64,000 nt of DNA from Myxococcota bacterium (GCA_965247115.1 CBDFGR010000003.1:768001-832000), one strand, 5' to 3'. Numbered from the stretch's first letter, positions 36,292 through 46,090 are shown. The notes: generated by a model not told the origin, from the letters alone. A program made the numbers and translations.

Positions 36292-37257
36292 ATGCCCGCT
36301 CCCGCCCCTTCCCCTCTCGACCCGAGGCGTCCTCTCCCCGACCGTCTCGCCCAGCTGGACGCTCTGCACCTGGACAGGGGTGTCTCCTCGAGCTTCGACG
36401 AAGGCCACTGCGCGCTCGAGGTGGTCGCCTGGCTCGCAGGGGAGGAGCACAGCGACCATCCGCAGTGCACGAGTGCCGTGGTCGGAGACTTCGTCCGCTG
36501 CTGGAATGACAACCTTTTAGACGAGGATCGAGACCGTCTGCTCAAGCCCCTGCTCCCCCGCCTCGTGGGATCGGAAGGAGATCCCGACACGGAGCTCGCC
36601 CGCTCCTACCTAGCCCTCGACTGGCTCTGCCGGGTCCATACGCCCGCATGGCTGGATCTCGTGGAGAGTCTGAGCCCGCATGCCGCGAAGCTGCGCGGAC
36701 TCGGCGAGATCACGGACCTCGTTCGTGCAAGCGCGGCGCAGCCGATGATCCGTGCTGCGAGGGAAGCTGCGGGGGACGCTGTGAGGGACGCTGCGGAGGT
36801 CGCTGCGTGGATCGCTGCGAGGGAAGCTGCGGGGGACGCTGCGAGGGACGCTGCGAGGGAAGCTGCGAGGGACGCTGTGGGGGCCGCTGCGGGGGCCGCT
36901 GCGAGGGACGCTGCGAGGGACGCTGCGAGGGACGCTGTGGGGGCCGCTGCGAGGGACGCTGCGAGGGACGCTGCGAGGGACGCTGTGGGGGCCGCTGCGG
37001 GGGCCGCTGCGAGGGACGCTGCGTGGGACGCTGTGGGGGCCGCTGCGGGGGCCGCTGCGAGGGACGCTGCGAGGGACGCTGCGGGGGACGCTGCGGGGGA
37101 CGCTGCGAGGGTCGCTGCGGGAGCCGCGGCGGGGGCCGATGCGAGGGTCACCGCGTGGGACGCTGCGAGTGCCGCGCTCGAGCCGACCGTGCTCACGCTC
37201 CAGGATTCGGCACGCGATCTCGTTTGTCGAATGCTCGCGGTGGGGGAGTCCGCATGA
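36292..37257 (+). CDS. Phage protein with C-terminal AA(R/G/W)D tetrapeptide repeats
   Basis: CALE..AWLAGE.HSDHP.C....F.R.WND domain; AGGAG RBS. Confidence 0.85.
   Translation: MPAPAPSPLDPRRPLPDRLAQLDALHLDRGVSSSFDEGHCALEVVAWLAGEEHSDHPQCTSAVVGDFVRCWNDNLLDEDRDRLLKPLLPRLVGSEGDPDTELARSYLALDWLCRVHTPAWLDLVESLSPHAAKLRGLGEITDLVRASAAQPMIRAAREAAGDAVRDAAEVAAWIAAREAAGDAARDAAREAARDAVGAAAGAAARDAARDAARDAVGAAARDAARDAARDAVGAAAGAAARDAAWDAVGAAAGAAARDAARDAAGDAAGDAARVAAGAAAGADARVTAWDAASAALEPTVLTLQDSARDLVCRMLAVGESA
36314..36721 (+). repeat. ~410-bp direct repeat, copy 2
   Basis: See copy 1. Confidence 0.95.
36753..37170 (+). repeat. 12-bp tandem repeat array (consensus GCTGCGAGGGAC)
   Basis: Roughly 30+ degenerate units encoding AARD/AAGA/AVGA/AAWD. 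Confidence 0.95.
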
Positions 37258-37288
37258 TGCGCCGTGCCGAGCGGGCCCGGAGGTCACG

Positions 37289-37516
37289 ATGCGACTGGAG
37301 GAGATCGTGAAGCGCCCTACGATGCGCGCGCGGAACCGTCGCGAGCTCGCGCACGGTCGCCGCGTTGCCCCGACGCCCGACGTGCCGATCGATCGCGCCC
37401 TCCTCGGACCTGAGCGCTGTGTCCTGTGCCGGGAAGAGGCCGCCGACGACATCACGGGCCTTGACGACAAGGGCGTGTGTCTCACCTGCCGAGCGGCCGC
37501 ACGGCTGCGGTTATGA
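37289..37516 (+). CDS. Small zinc-finger phage protein
   Basis: CVLC...CLTC; GGAGG RBS. Confidence 0.55.
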   Translation: MRLEEIVKRPTMRARNRRELAHGRRVAPTPDVPIDRALLGPERCVLCREEAADDITGLDDKGVCLTCRAAARLRL

Positions 37517-37737
37517 GCATCGAGATTATCGAGAGCCGGGCGCACCCCACGATGTGCGCGATGTACTGCACCACCTCCGACGTAGCCTTCGGGCCCGTGT
37601 TCACGTCCCATGAAGAGGCGGAGCGGTTCATCGCCTATTGCTGGCTCCAGACGGGCGATGACCCTCGGGGCGTCGAAGGGTGCGTCCTAGAGCGCCTGGT
37701 CACGGAGATGCGAAAAGAAGAGCCATGCGCCCTTTGA
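37513..37737 (+). CDS. Hypothetical phage protein
   Basis: ATGA coupling; YC.TS..AFGPVF....EA..F. Confidence 0.65.
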   Translation: MSIEIIESRAHPTMCAMYCTTSDVAFGPVFTSHEEAERFIAYCWLQTGDDPRGVEGCVLERLVTEMRKEEPCAL

Positions 37738-37907
37738 TAGTCGCGCCCAAGCCCTTCCCGCGCGTCCCGCAAGACCTCCGCGAATTGCTCGCGGAAATCG
37801 ACCTCTATCTCGCGCAGCGAGAGCGTCAAGCGCGGCTGGAACGGCCGCAGCTCCGCGACCTGCGCGCACGAATCCAACGAGAACTCACGAAGTAAAGGAG
37901 AGATGCC

Positions 37908-38705
37908 GTGAGCATGTTAGATCAGGTCACCACAGGAAGAACGATCCGGCCCCCGCGGATCGTCATTCATGGCAGAGGAGGAGTCGGCAAGACGACCTTC
38001 GGCGCGAGTACGCCGAATCCGATCTTCCTGCCTGCAGAAGAGGGACTCGGCACGCTCGACGTGCCTCATGTTCCCATTCCCACGAGCTACGCCGAGATCC
38101 TCGAGACGATCACGGATCTGCAACGTCAGGAGCACGTCTACCGAACCCTCGTCATCGACACGATCGACCACGTCGAGCCTCTCGTCTGGGAGGAGACGTG
38201 TCGTCGCATGTCCGAGGGGGGGCGGAAGACGTACGAGCACGTCGAGGATTTTGGGTATCAGAAGGGCTACCTGTTCGCCGATCGCGAGTGGACGCAGCTC
38301 TTTCACGCGCTGGACGCGATCCGACGCGACCCCGGCATGATGATCGTCGTGCTCTCCCACAACGAGAGCAAGACGTTCGAAGATCCGGTGATCGGTCCCT
38401 ACGACCGCGTCACTCCGAAGCTCCACAAGCGAGCGAACGCGCTGCTCTACGAGTGGGCGGACATCGTCGGCTACCTGGAGATCCAGCGAGCCACGATCGA
38501 GAAGGAGGGCGCGAAGAGTCGGAAGGTGCGCACCAGCGCCACAACCGGCACGCGCGAGCTCTTTCTCGAAGACACCGGAGCCTTCATCGCGAAGAACCGC
38601 TACGGGCTTCCGATCCGCATCGAGGTGCCCCAGGCCAACCCTTACACCCCGCTCCGTGAAGCGCTGAAGTCGGCGCTCGGAGTCCAGAAGCAGGAGGCCG
38701 CGTAA
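37908..38705 (+). CDS. AAA_24 / Sak4-like phage recombination ATPase
   Basis: G.GGVGKTT, LVIDTID, GY.KGY, EWAD.V, AKNRY. Confidence 0.92.
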   Translation: MSMLDQVTTGRTIRPPRIVIHGRGGVGKTTFGASTPNPIFLPAEEGLGTLDVPHVPIPTSYAEILETITDLQRQEHVYRTLVIDTIDHVEPLVWEETCRRMSEGGRKTYEHVEDFGYQKGYLFADREWTQLFHALDAIRRDPGMMIVVLSHNESKTFEDPVIGPYDRVTPKLHKRANALLYEWADIVGYLEIQRATIEKEGAKSRKVRTSATTGTRELFLEDTGAFIAKNRYGLPIRIEVPQANPYTPLREALKSALGVQKQEAA

Positions 38706-39209
38706 ATGCCACGCATCGGAGCAGCACTTCACGACGTAGAGGACAACGACATGCCGAGAGGAAGCTGGGTCGCTCTTGAGTCCGGCAAGTACCCGTTCAT
38801 GATTACCGACAGCGAGTACAAGCCGACGAAGAGGGGAGACGGGATGTGCTTGCACCTCACACTGCAGTGCATCCACCCAGATCACACCCGAGTAGAGCTG
38901 CGCGACTTTCTGACGCTCGAGCATCCCAATCCAGACACGGTCCGAATCGCGAAGGGTCGGCTGAAGCAGATCGGACTGGCCTGCAAGGTCAGGAATCCCG
39001 ACTTCATCCAGGACAGCGAGGAGCTCCACAACATCCCGTTTGTCGCCAGCGTCTCGAAGGAAGAGGCGGAGGATCCGAAGTACGGAGATGTGGACGGCTA
39101 CGAGAACCGGATTGCCAAGTACAAGCGGATCGACGGCAACGCCCCGATGTCCGAGCCACTGCCAGAGCAGTCGCAGCCTACTCGGGCCTCCGGGGACATC
39201 CTCTTCTGA
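38706..39209 (+). CDS. DUF669 single-stranded DNA-binding protein
   Basis: G.Y...I..SE.K.TK.G.G..L.L, IA...L..I..A, acidic-aromatic tail GDILF. Confidence 0.85.
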   Translation: MPRIGAALHDVEDNDMPRGSWVALESGKYPFMITDSEYKPTKRGDGMCLHLTLQCIHPDHTRVELRDFLTLEHPNPDTVRIAKGRLKQIGLACKVRNPDFIQDSEELHNIPFVASVSKEEAEDPKYGDVDGYENRIAKYKRIDGNAPMSEPLPEQSQPTRASGDILF

Positions 39210-39943
39210 TGGCCGAGCTCCCCCGCATCCGCAGTCCGCAGCCCCAGGTCGCCGACCGGATCTTCCGCGCCCTTGAGAGGCGGGAGGCCGATCGTCCGCG
39301 GAGCGGAAACCTCACCATGAGCGGCATCGGAGAGTGCGCTCGCCACCTCTGGGCCGAGCGAAACGAGCACTCGACGCCGAAATCCAGGCCAGGCCGGGTG
39401 CTCGCGACCTTCGAGTACGGAAACGCGACCGAGTCCCATGTGATCCGGCTCCTCCGCCTCGCGGACTACCTGATCGGGGCGGAGCAGCGTCGCGTCACCT
39501 GTGATCTCGGCGATGGACTCACACTGCGCGGCCGGATCGACGGAACGATCCTCCTCGGCAAGAAATATTCCGAACGGCTGGAGGCGCTGCTCGAGGTGAA
39601 AAGTGCGAAGGCGTCGCAGTTCGAGGAGTGCAAGGCGAAGGGCTACGAGAAGTGGAATCCGAAGTACGCGGACCAGCTGCAGATGTACATGGGCGCGGGA
39701 GGCTTCCACATCGCCCTTGCCTTCGTCTATTGCAAGGACATCTCCGAGCCCTACCCGGAGAAGATCCGCTTCGAGCCAGAGCGCTACGAGGCCCTGAAGG
39801 CGAAGGCACGTCTGATTCTCACCTCCGAGGAGCCGCCCAAGCGCCCCGACGAGGCGACATCCCAGTTCTGCAAGTTCTGCAAGTGGTGTGACGCGAACGA
39901 GTGGTGCTGGTCGCCCGTCGCGGAGACACGCTTCGACGACTAA
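39209..39943 (+). CDS. Cas4-like PD-(D/E)xK exonuclease
   Basis: S.IG.C.R.LW, GRIDG, LLEVKS, Q.Q.YM, C-terminal CKFCKWC....C. Confidence 0.88.
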   Translation: MAELPRIRSPQPQVADRIFRALERREADRPRSGNLTMSGIGECARHLWAERNEHSTPKSRPGRVLATFEYGNATESHVIRLLRLADYLIGAEQRRVTCDLGDGLTLRGRIDGTILLGKKYSERLEALLEVKSAKASQFEECKAKGYEKWNPKYADQLQMYMGAGGFHIALAFVYCKDISEPYPEKIRFEPERYEALKAKARLILTSEEPPKRPDEATSQFCKFCKWCDANEWCWSPVAETRFDD

Positions 39944-40136
39944 GGGGAAGGGCTGTGGAAAGGAAGAATCGTCGCTGTCAGAGAGTCGGAGAGGGTTCGA
40001 ACCCTCAAAGAGCGTCGCGCCGACAGCAAGACGGGGCCTATCGAGATGACCGTGTTCTGGCTTGGTCTCGGGGTCTTCCTCGCGCTGTTCTGTGTTGCGG
40101 CAATGAGCAAGCTATGGGCGCTGGTGCCGTGGTGAG

Positions 40137-41351
40137 ATGACTTCATCTGTCCTCAGCCTTCGCCGCGAATTCACTACCCGCGCCCTGCTCGGACAGGGTA
40201 TACGGGTAGAGATGGCGCGCGATCTGTTCAATGTCCGACAACGCAAGGACTCGGGAGCTTGGTACGTCGATTGCCGGCCCTACGGGCGCATCCAGTGGAT
40301 CATGGTCGAGGAAGTCGGGAAGAAGCCTCTAGACGAGCAGATGGCCCACATGCTGCTTGCCTGGATCAGGGCAGAGATCGCGGGCGGAAAGTCTCCGAAA
40401 GAGGCTGTAGACCCCTATCTCCCGCGCCCGACAGCCCTCGTCCGAGATCGCCTGCCGGCCTGGCTTGAGATGATGAGCGACCAGGTCGAACGGGGGGATC
40501 GTAGCCCCACCTACCTGCGCGAGCTCGTGCGCTACGCGAAGCCGAGCGGCCACTTCTCGCCACTCTTCGAGGTCTCGACCTACGGGATCTCCTACGGCCT
40601 CATCGAGGACTGGACCAAGATCCTGGCCGATCGAGGCTTGGGGCAAAAGACCAGAACGAACGTCGTCGGTGCCTTCCATTCCTTCCTTGGCTGGCTGGTC
40701 AGTCGCGAGGAGATCTCAGCGGTCCCGAAGTTTCCGCCGCAGCCCAAGACCGTCCATCGCCCTCATATCATCCCGCCCGACGTACAGGACGCGATACTCA
40801 AGGAGATCCCCGAGCAAAAGCGCGGGGCCTTCATAACGTCTGTCGAACTCCTCCTCCGGCCTGGTGAGGTTCGCGCGCTCAACGTCGAGAACTACGACCG
40901 CCGAACCAGGGTCCTGTGCGTCGCCCACGCGATGAAAGGCCCCCGCAGAGACGCGCCTCGCAGGGAGACGAAGGAGGGCGACATCCGCTACCGCGAAGCC
41001 TCAGATCGCCTCCATGCTTGGATCGAGCGGTACGTGCCACTCCTGGCCGTCTACGAGGGCGAACGGCCGCTCTTCGCGAACCCGGATGCCAAGGCCGCGC
41101 TCAATCCCAGCAAGCGCTGGACACATGATCCGCTTCGAACGAACTGGAACGAAGCAGCGACACGAGCGGGGCATCCTGGCGTGCAACTCTACGAGGGCAC
41201 GAAGCACTCGACCGCGACTGCGCTGCGTCGCGCTGGTGTTCCACTCGATGTGATCCAGGCCGCTGCCGGACACAAAGACGTGCGCTCGACCGAGCGCTAC
41301 GCGCAGTTAGCCGACGATGTAGTCGCCGACGCCCTCAGGAAACGACGGTGA
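40137..41351 (+). CDS. Tyrosine integrase
   Basis: LRPGEVRAL, TK, YEGTKHS.AT, AGH.D...T.RYA; start may be ~40212. Confidence 0.93.
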   Translation: MTSSVLSLRREFTTRALLGQGIRVEMARDLFNVRQRKDSGAWYVDCRPYGRIQWIMVEEVGKKPLDEQMAHMLLAWIRAEIAGGKSPKEAVDPYLPRPTALVRDRLPAWLEMMSDQVERGDRSPTYLRELVRYAKPSGHFSPLFEVSTYGISYGLIEDWTKILADRGLGQKTRTNVVGAFHSFLGWLVSREEISAVPKFPPQPKTVHRPHIIPPDVQDAILKEIPEQKRGAFITSVELLLRPGEVRALNVENYDRRTRVLCVAHAMKGPRRDAPRRETKEGDIRYREASDRLHAWIERYVPLLAVYEGERPLFANPDAKAALNPSKRWTHDPLRTNWNEAATRAGHPGVQLYEGTKHSTATALRRAGVPLDVIQAAAGHKDVRSTERYAQLADDVVADALRKRR

Positions 41352-41428
41352 ATCTGTCACAGGTATGCCACGGGAGCTGGGAGATGCCGAAAACTGCTAA
41401 ACACGACAGTGAGTTACGCCCCGGTGTT

Positions 41429-41456
41429 GGGGTTCGATTCCCGTGCGCTTCCGCCA
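41429..41456 (+). other. attR core: duplicated 3' end of tRNA-Sec (selC)
   Basis: GGGGTTCGATTCCCGTGCGCTTCCGCCA = T-arm plus the TTCCGCCA end characteristic of tRNA-Sec; no 5' half upstream. Confidence 0.85.
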
Positions 41457-41466
41457 GCTGGCCTTG

Positions 41467-42066
41467 CTACGCCGGCAGCTCGTAGCCGATCGCGGCCTCG
41501 ATATCACACGTACGCTGCACGGCGGGACGCGCCATCATTCGACGGTAGTGTTCGTCCAGGTTCGGGAACTCACCAGGCGCCGGATGAAGCGAGTTCCGGA
41601 AGCGCCAGTAGAGGCGGAAGAGGTGGATATCCGCAATCGAATAGTCGTCCAGCGCCCACTCGCGGGGTCCGAGTCGCCGGTCCGTGATGCCGAACACAGC
41701 ACGGCAGCGGTCGATCCCCTGGCGCCGTGCAGGGTGGACGGTCGCGGCAATGAACGACATCCACGAGATTACCTGCGCCTCCGCTGCGACGTCGCCGTTC
41801 GGGAGCAGAGCAGCTTCGGGGAAGCGCCTGGCCAGGTAGAACAGAATCGCCGCAACCTCGGTCAGCGGGCGGCCATCTACCAGCAGGGTCGGTACCTTGC
41901 CCTCGGGGTTCAGCGCGAGAAACTCGGGCGCTCGGTTCTCATTCTTGGCGAATGAGATCGGCCGGCTCTCGAACGGGACACCGATCTCGTGCAGCGCGAT
42001 GTGCGGCGCCATCGAACTGGACCCTGGCGCGAAGTAGAGCGTCAACGTAGGCGTCGGCATGGGCAT
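41467..42066 (-). CDS. Glutathione S-transferase
   Basis: LYFAPGSSS.APHIAL.E, NPEGKVP.L, E..AI..YL, SIAD..L. Confidence 0.95.
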   Translation of the reverse strand: MPMPTPTLTLYFAPGSSSMAPHIALHEIGVPFESRPISFAKNENRAPEFLALNPEGKVPTLLVDGRPLTEVAAILFYLARRFPEAALLPNGDVAAEAQVISWMSFIAATVHPARRQGIDRCRAVFGITDRRLGPREWALDDYSIADIHLFRLYWRFRNSLHPAPGEFPNLDEHYRRMMARPAVQRTCDIEAAIGYELPA

Positions 42067-42103
42067 TCCTCCGGTGGGCTGCTCGAACGCGACAGGGTAC
42101 CTC

Positions 42104-43459
42104 TCATGCTGCTCGACCGGGTCGCCACGGTCCCTTGCTGCAGGCCACAAGCGCGACGATGACGAAGCAGCAGAGGGCGCAGATCTGGATCCATGCGGTC
42201 CAGCCCCAGGCCTCCACCACCCTTGGCAAGGCCAGGTTGAACACCAGGCCGCTCCCCACGCCGAGCACGCCGGTAATGCCGAAGGCTCGAGCCACGCCGA
42301 AGGGGCTGATGGCCTCGGCGCTCTCGGAGACCAGAGCGCACCACGCCGGGTAGATGAAGCCGGCGAACCAGCCCGTGATGGACCAGGAGAAAGCGAGCGC
42401 GACGTAGCTCGTTCCCACGGGCCGGGAGGCCGCCCAGAGAAAGCAGAGCCCCGTGGACACGCCGCCGAACGCGATCACGGTCTTGCGCACCTGGAGCCGG
42501 TCGGAGATCCAGCCGGAGACGAAGACGCTGAAAGTGAACACGAGCCAGAAGTAGGAGGTCAGGTCCGATGCCTGCGCCGCCTCGATACCGAAGTGCTGCT
42601 GGAAGTAGGTTGGGACGAACATGGCCACCGTGAAGTAGGCGACGCTCCAGAACAAGATCGCGAGGCTCAGGGCCCAGAGCCGCCAGTCTCGGTAGACCAG
42701 GTTGCCGGCGCGCTGCGCGGCGGCGAAGTCCGTGAAGCCGGCCTCGCTGACGGCTGCCGCAAGAGCGTCCTCCCGGTCGTGCACGATGTGACCGCGAACC
42801 CGCATGGAGAGGTCGCGGTAGAAGACCGCCAGTACGGCGACCGTGACGGCGGCGAAGCCACCGGCGATCCAGAACTGCGGTCGCCAGCCGGGCCAAACGG
42901 GGATCGTGCGCGCGGCGACCCAGGTCGAGAGCAGCGCCCCGATCGTGAATGCGAGGCTGAGCCAGGCATAGACCATGGCCCGGCCCATCTGCGGTGTGAT
43001 GTCGCGCAGCGCGGCGTTGACGGCCGGGCTCATGCCCGAGACCACGGTACCGCCGACCACCCACAGCACCGCCAGGGTGAGGAAGTCCGGCGCGAGCGCG
43101 GAGCCCACCGCGATGCCAAGGTAGGCCACCACCGGCCACAGAATGATCGCGCGCCGCCCGTAGCGATCCGCCAGCTGGCTGAAGAGCAACGCGCCCCCCA
43201 CCTGCGTTACGGCGGCCACCGCCCCGACGTACCCCCACTCGCGCAGCGAGACGCCGAAGTCATCGAACATGTAGACGAGGACCGGCCCGATCTTGAGCCG
43301 CTCGAACTGCTCGATCGCCCACGCGAAGATGATCAGGCCCAGCAGCCACCACCGCAGAGCCCCCGTCGGAAAGAAGTCGAGCTCGCGCTGGCGCAGATAG
43401 GACCAGAAGCCGCTGACTGGGGGCGGGGTCTCTTCAGCGGTCGGCGAGGCTTCGGTCAT
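42104..43459 (-). CDS. MFS transporter
   Basis: LADRYGRR motif A, GWISDRL..RK, ~12 TMs. Confidence 0.92.
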   Translation of the reverse strand: MTEASPTAEETPPPVSGFWSYLRQRELDFFPTGALRWWLLGLIIFAWAIEQFERLKIGPVLVYMFDDFGVSLREWGYVGAVAAVTQVGGALLFSQLADRYGRRAIILWPVVAYLGIAVGSALAPDFLTLAVLWVVGGTVVSGMSPAVNAALRDITPQMGRAMVYAWLSLAFTIGALLSTWVAARTIPVWPGWRPQFWIAGGFAAVTVAVLAVFYRDLSMRVRGHIVHDREDALAAAVSEAGFTDFAAAQRAGNLVYRDWRLWALSLAILFWSVAYFTVAMFVPTYFQQHFGIEAAQASDLTSYFWLVFTFSVFVSGWISDRLQVRKTVIAFGGVSTGLCFLWAASRPVGTSYVALAFSWSITGWFAGFIYPAWCALVSESAEAISPFGVARAFGITGVLGVGSGLVFNLALPRVVEAWGWTAWIQICALCCFVIVALVACSKGPWRPGRAA

Positions 43460-43560
43460 CTGTGAAGGGGTGCTCGTTCCCACCAGACTACACGGTAAAC
43501 CGCTGACGCATTCAAGTATATTGATGGAAACGCTGCCGCAAACGCAGGGAAGGTTCCGAC

Positions 43561-45354
43561 ATGATTGTCCAGATCCGTCCGGAGTACAAAGTGGTTACCG
43601 AGACGAATGTCCCGATGAAGACTCGCGACGGTGTGACCCTCTTTGCCGACGTGGTGCGTCCGGACGTGCCGGGCCGTTTCCCGGTCCTCTTGAGCCGGAC
43701 ACCGTACGGCAAGCAGGGAATGGACGACCCCAACGGGCCTCATCACCTCTTCGCGCGCTACGGCTACATCGCGGTCATGCAGGATTGTCGGGGTCGCTTC
43801 GCTTCAGAAGGGGAGTACGACACGATCTTCCAGGAGATCCCGGACGGCTACGACGCCGTCGAGTGGGCCGCACGGTTGCCCTGGTCCAACGGGCGGGTCG
43901 GAACGACGGGCCAGTCATACCTCGGACTCACGCAGTACATGATCGCGTGTAACGACCCGATGCCCCCCTCCCTCCAGGCAATGGCCCCAGTCTCGGCGTC
44001 TTCTGACTACCACGCCAGCTGGATCTACCACACGGGCGGGGCGGCGCTCTGGGGTTGGATGGCGCCCTATGCGATCTTCAAGGGGCTCAACACGCTCGAG
44101 CGGAAGCAGCGCCCCGATCTGTTGGAGGCGATGAAGGAGTACGTGGAGGGAGGCGACTTCTCCGTCCCCCGCCGCACCCGCTTCGGCGGCAACGCCTTCA
44201 CGCCCCTTGCCGAGAAGTGGTACAGGCACCTCCCCATCAAGGATTGGGGCGACCTGCTCGAAGAGACAGCGCCGTACTTCGCCGAGCACGTACGGCACGC
44301 CGACGACGGTGAGTACTGGTACCGGGCCAACGTCAATCGCCATGCCGATAGCGTGACGGTGCCGATGCTGCACGTCACCTCGTGGTACGACATCTTCGCA
44401 GAGGGCGGGCCGAGCGCCTATCAGAGCATCGTGGCAAACAGCCGGTCCGAAAGGGCGCGCAACGGCCAGCGACTCATCATCGGTCCCTGGGGACACCTGC
44501 TCCCCTATCACGTGCCGAGCTCACGGGGCACCGGCGACATCGACTTCGGACCCGCTGCCCGGATCGACCTCAACGAGACGCTTCTGCGCTGGTTCGACTA
44601 CTGGCTCAAGGATCAGGCCAACGGGATCATGGACGAGCCGCCGGTCACCGTGTTCACGCTGGGGGAGAACCGCTGGCAAGAATTCTCCGACTGGCCACCG
44701 CCCAGCATGCGCCAGGTACGATACTTCCTTCACAGCCAGCAGGGGGCCAACTCGTTGCAGGGGGACGGAACGATCGCGACCTTCCCGCCTGGAGAACAAC
44801 CCGCAGATACGTACGTCTACGATCCGAACGACCCCACGCCGTCGCTGGGCGGGAACAATCTGACCATCGACCTCGGGGTACAGGATCAGCGGGCGGTCGA
44901 GGAGCGAAACGACGTACTGGTGTACACGTCGGATGCTCTCGAAGAGCCGCTCGAGATCACGGGACCGGTAAGCGTGTCGCTCTGGGCGTCGTCGTCAGCC
45001 GTCGATACGGACTTCACCGCAAAGCTCGTGGACGTGCACCCCGACGGCTACGCGCAGAACCTCCTCGACGGGATCATCCGCGCCCGCTATCGCGAGTCCG
45101 CGAGTGCGCCGGAGTTGCTGGAGCCGGGCAGGCCGTACCTCTTCACCATCGACTTATGGGCCACGAGCAACGTCTTCTTGCCGGGACATCGAATTCGCAT
45201 CGAGGTCAGCTCGAGCAACTTCCCCCGCTTCGATCGCAACCTCAACACCGGGCAGCCCTTTGGCGAGGGAACCCGAGGTCAGCCGGCCCAGCAGACGGTC
45301 TTCCACCAGGAAGACATGCCGTCCTACATCCTCTTACCCATCCTCCCAAGGTGA
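43561..45354 (+). CDS. CocE/NonD family hydrolase (peptidase S15)
   Basis: RDGV.L..D, RTPY, QD.RGR..SEG, G.SY.G, GPW.H, SSNFPRFDRN. Confidence 0.95.
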   Translation: MIVQIRPEYKVVTETNVPMKTRDGVTLFADVVRPDVPGRFPVLLSRTPYGKQGMDDPNGPHHLFARYGYIAVMQDCRGRFASEGEYDTIFQEIPDGYDAVEWAARLPWSNGRVGTTGQSYLGLTQYMIACNDPMPPSLQAMAPVSASSDYHASWIYHTGGAALWGWMAPYAIFKGLNTLERKQRPDLLEAMKEYVEGGDFSVPRRTRFGGNAFTPLAEKWYRHLPIKDWGDLLEETAPYFAEHVRHADDGEYWYRANVNRHADSVTVPMLHVTSWYDIFAEGGPSAYQSIVANSRSERARNGQRLIIGPWGHLLPYHVPSSRGTGDIDFGPAARIDLNETLLRWFDYWLKDQANGIMDEPPVTVFTLGENRWQEFSDWPPPSMRQVRYFLHSQQGANSLQGDGTIATFPPGEQPADTYVYDPNDPTPSLGGNNLTIDLGVQDQRAVEERNDVLVYTSDALEEPLEITGPVSVSLWASSSAVDTDFTAKLVDVHPDGYAQNLLDGIIRARYRESASAPELLEPGRPYLFTIDLWATSNVFLPGHRIRIEVSSSNFPRFDRNLNTGQPFGEGTRGQPAQQTVFHQEDMPSYILLPILPR

Positions 45355-45358
45355 GACG

Positions 45359-46090
45359 ATGGGACACGGCCTACCGTCCATCCCACTGACAAGCCTGCTG
45401 ATCGTGTTTGCTCCCACCGTGGGCTTGCTCCTCCTCATGCATCGTTGGTCACTCAACGCCCCGAGGGGGCTCTACGCCAACGCGCGCATGCTCGCGCAGC
45501 TCCTACTCGTCGGGTACGTACTCACGTACGTCTTCGACGCCGAGGAGCCCGTCATCATCGGTGCGGTGGTGGCCGTGATGATCCTCGTTTCGTCCTGGAT
45601 CGTGCTACGACCACCCAGGGAACGCGGCCTCAGCTTGTATCTCGTCGTGGTGGCAGCAATCGTGGCCGCGGGCCTACCGATGCTCTTCCTGGTGACCCAG
45701 ATCGTGCTGGAGATGCCGCGCTGGTTCGAGCCCGTTTTGGTCGTCCCGCTGGCGGGGATGATCTTCTACACCACGATGAACACCGTGAGTCTCGCCGCGG
45801 AGCGGTTCGAATCCGAGAAGAACCGCAACGCTGACTACACAACTGCTCGGCGAATCGCGCTCGAGGCCGCGCTGATCCCCCAGACGAACGGTCTGTTAGC
45901 GGTCGGTCTGGTTTCGCTCCCCGGGATGATGACGGGGTAGATTCTCTCGGGTGTCGATCCGCTGATCGCGGCGCGATACCAGATCATGGTGATGTGGATG
46001 CTCTTTGGTGCCGGGGGGCTGGCCGCCGCCCTCTATCTCTCGATGCGACGATTCGGTGAAGCGCCTGGAGGAAGCCCCCAAAGCACGTGA
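45359..46090 (+). pseudogene. FetB/YbbM (UPF0014) ABC permease with in-frame TAG at 45938
   Basis: R...QL..VGY.L, PL.GMI, VGLVSLPGMMTG*ILSGV.P..A.RYQIMVM continues in frame to TGA 46090. Confidence 0.85.

Larger units (their letters stand above)
804..41456. mobile_element. Lambda-like (siphovirus) prophage integrated at tRNA-Sec; left boundary not seen
   Basis: Contiguous lysis, tail, head, terminase, replication, cro/cI, recombination and integrase modules in lambdoid order, terminated by a selC 3'-end fragment. Confidence 0.93.

Noticed and set aside
34840..36721. Diversity-generating retroelement TR/VR pair
   Set aside because: Differences involve all four bases and are often synonymous, the repeat is at the gene 5' end, and no reverse transcriptase is in the window
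36753..37170. CRISPR array
   Set aside because: Contiguous 12-bp coding repeats with no unique spacers and no cas operon
39209..39943. CRISPR-associated cas4
   Set aside because: Context is a phage recombination module; no cas1/cas2 or array
39989..40006. tRNA fragment or att site (GAGGGTTCGAACCCTC)
   Set aside because: Only a T-arm-like palindrome with no cloverleaf; the short match to 1681-1692 is generic T-loop sequence
41400..41456. Complete tRNA-Sec gene
   Set aside because: No acceptor 5' strand, D-arm or TCA anticodon arm upstream
45938..45940. Pyrrolysine or stop-codon recoding
   Set aside because: The position is normally Gln, TAG terminates many genes here, and no pyl genes are seen
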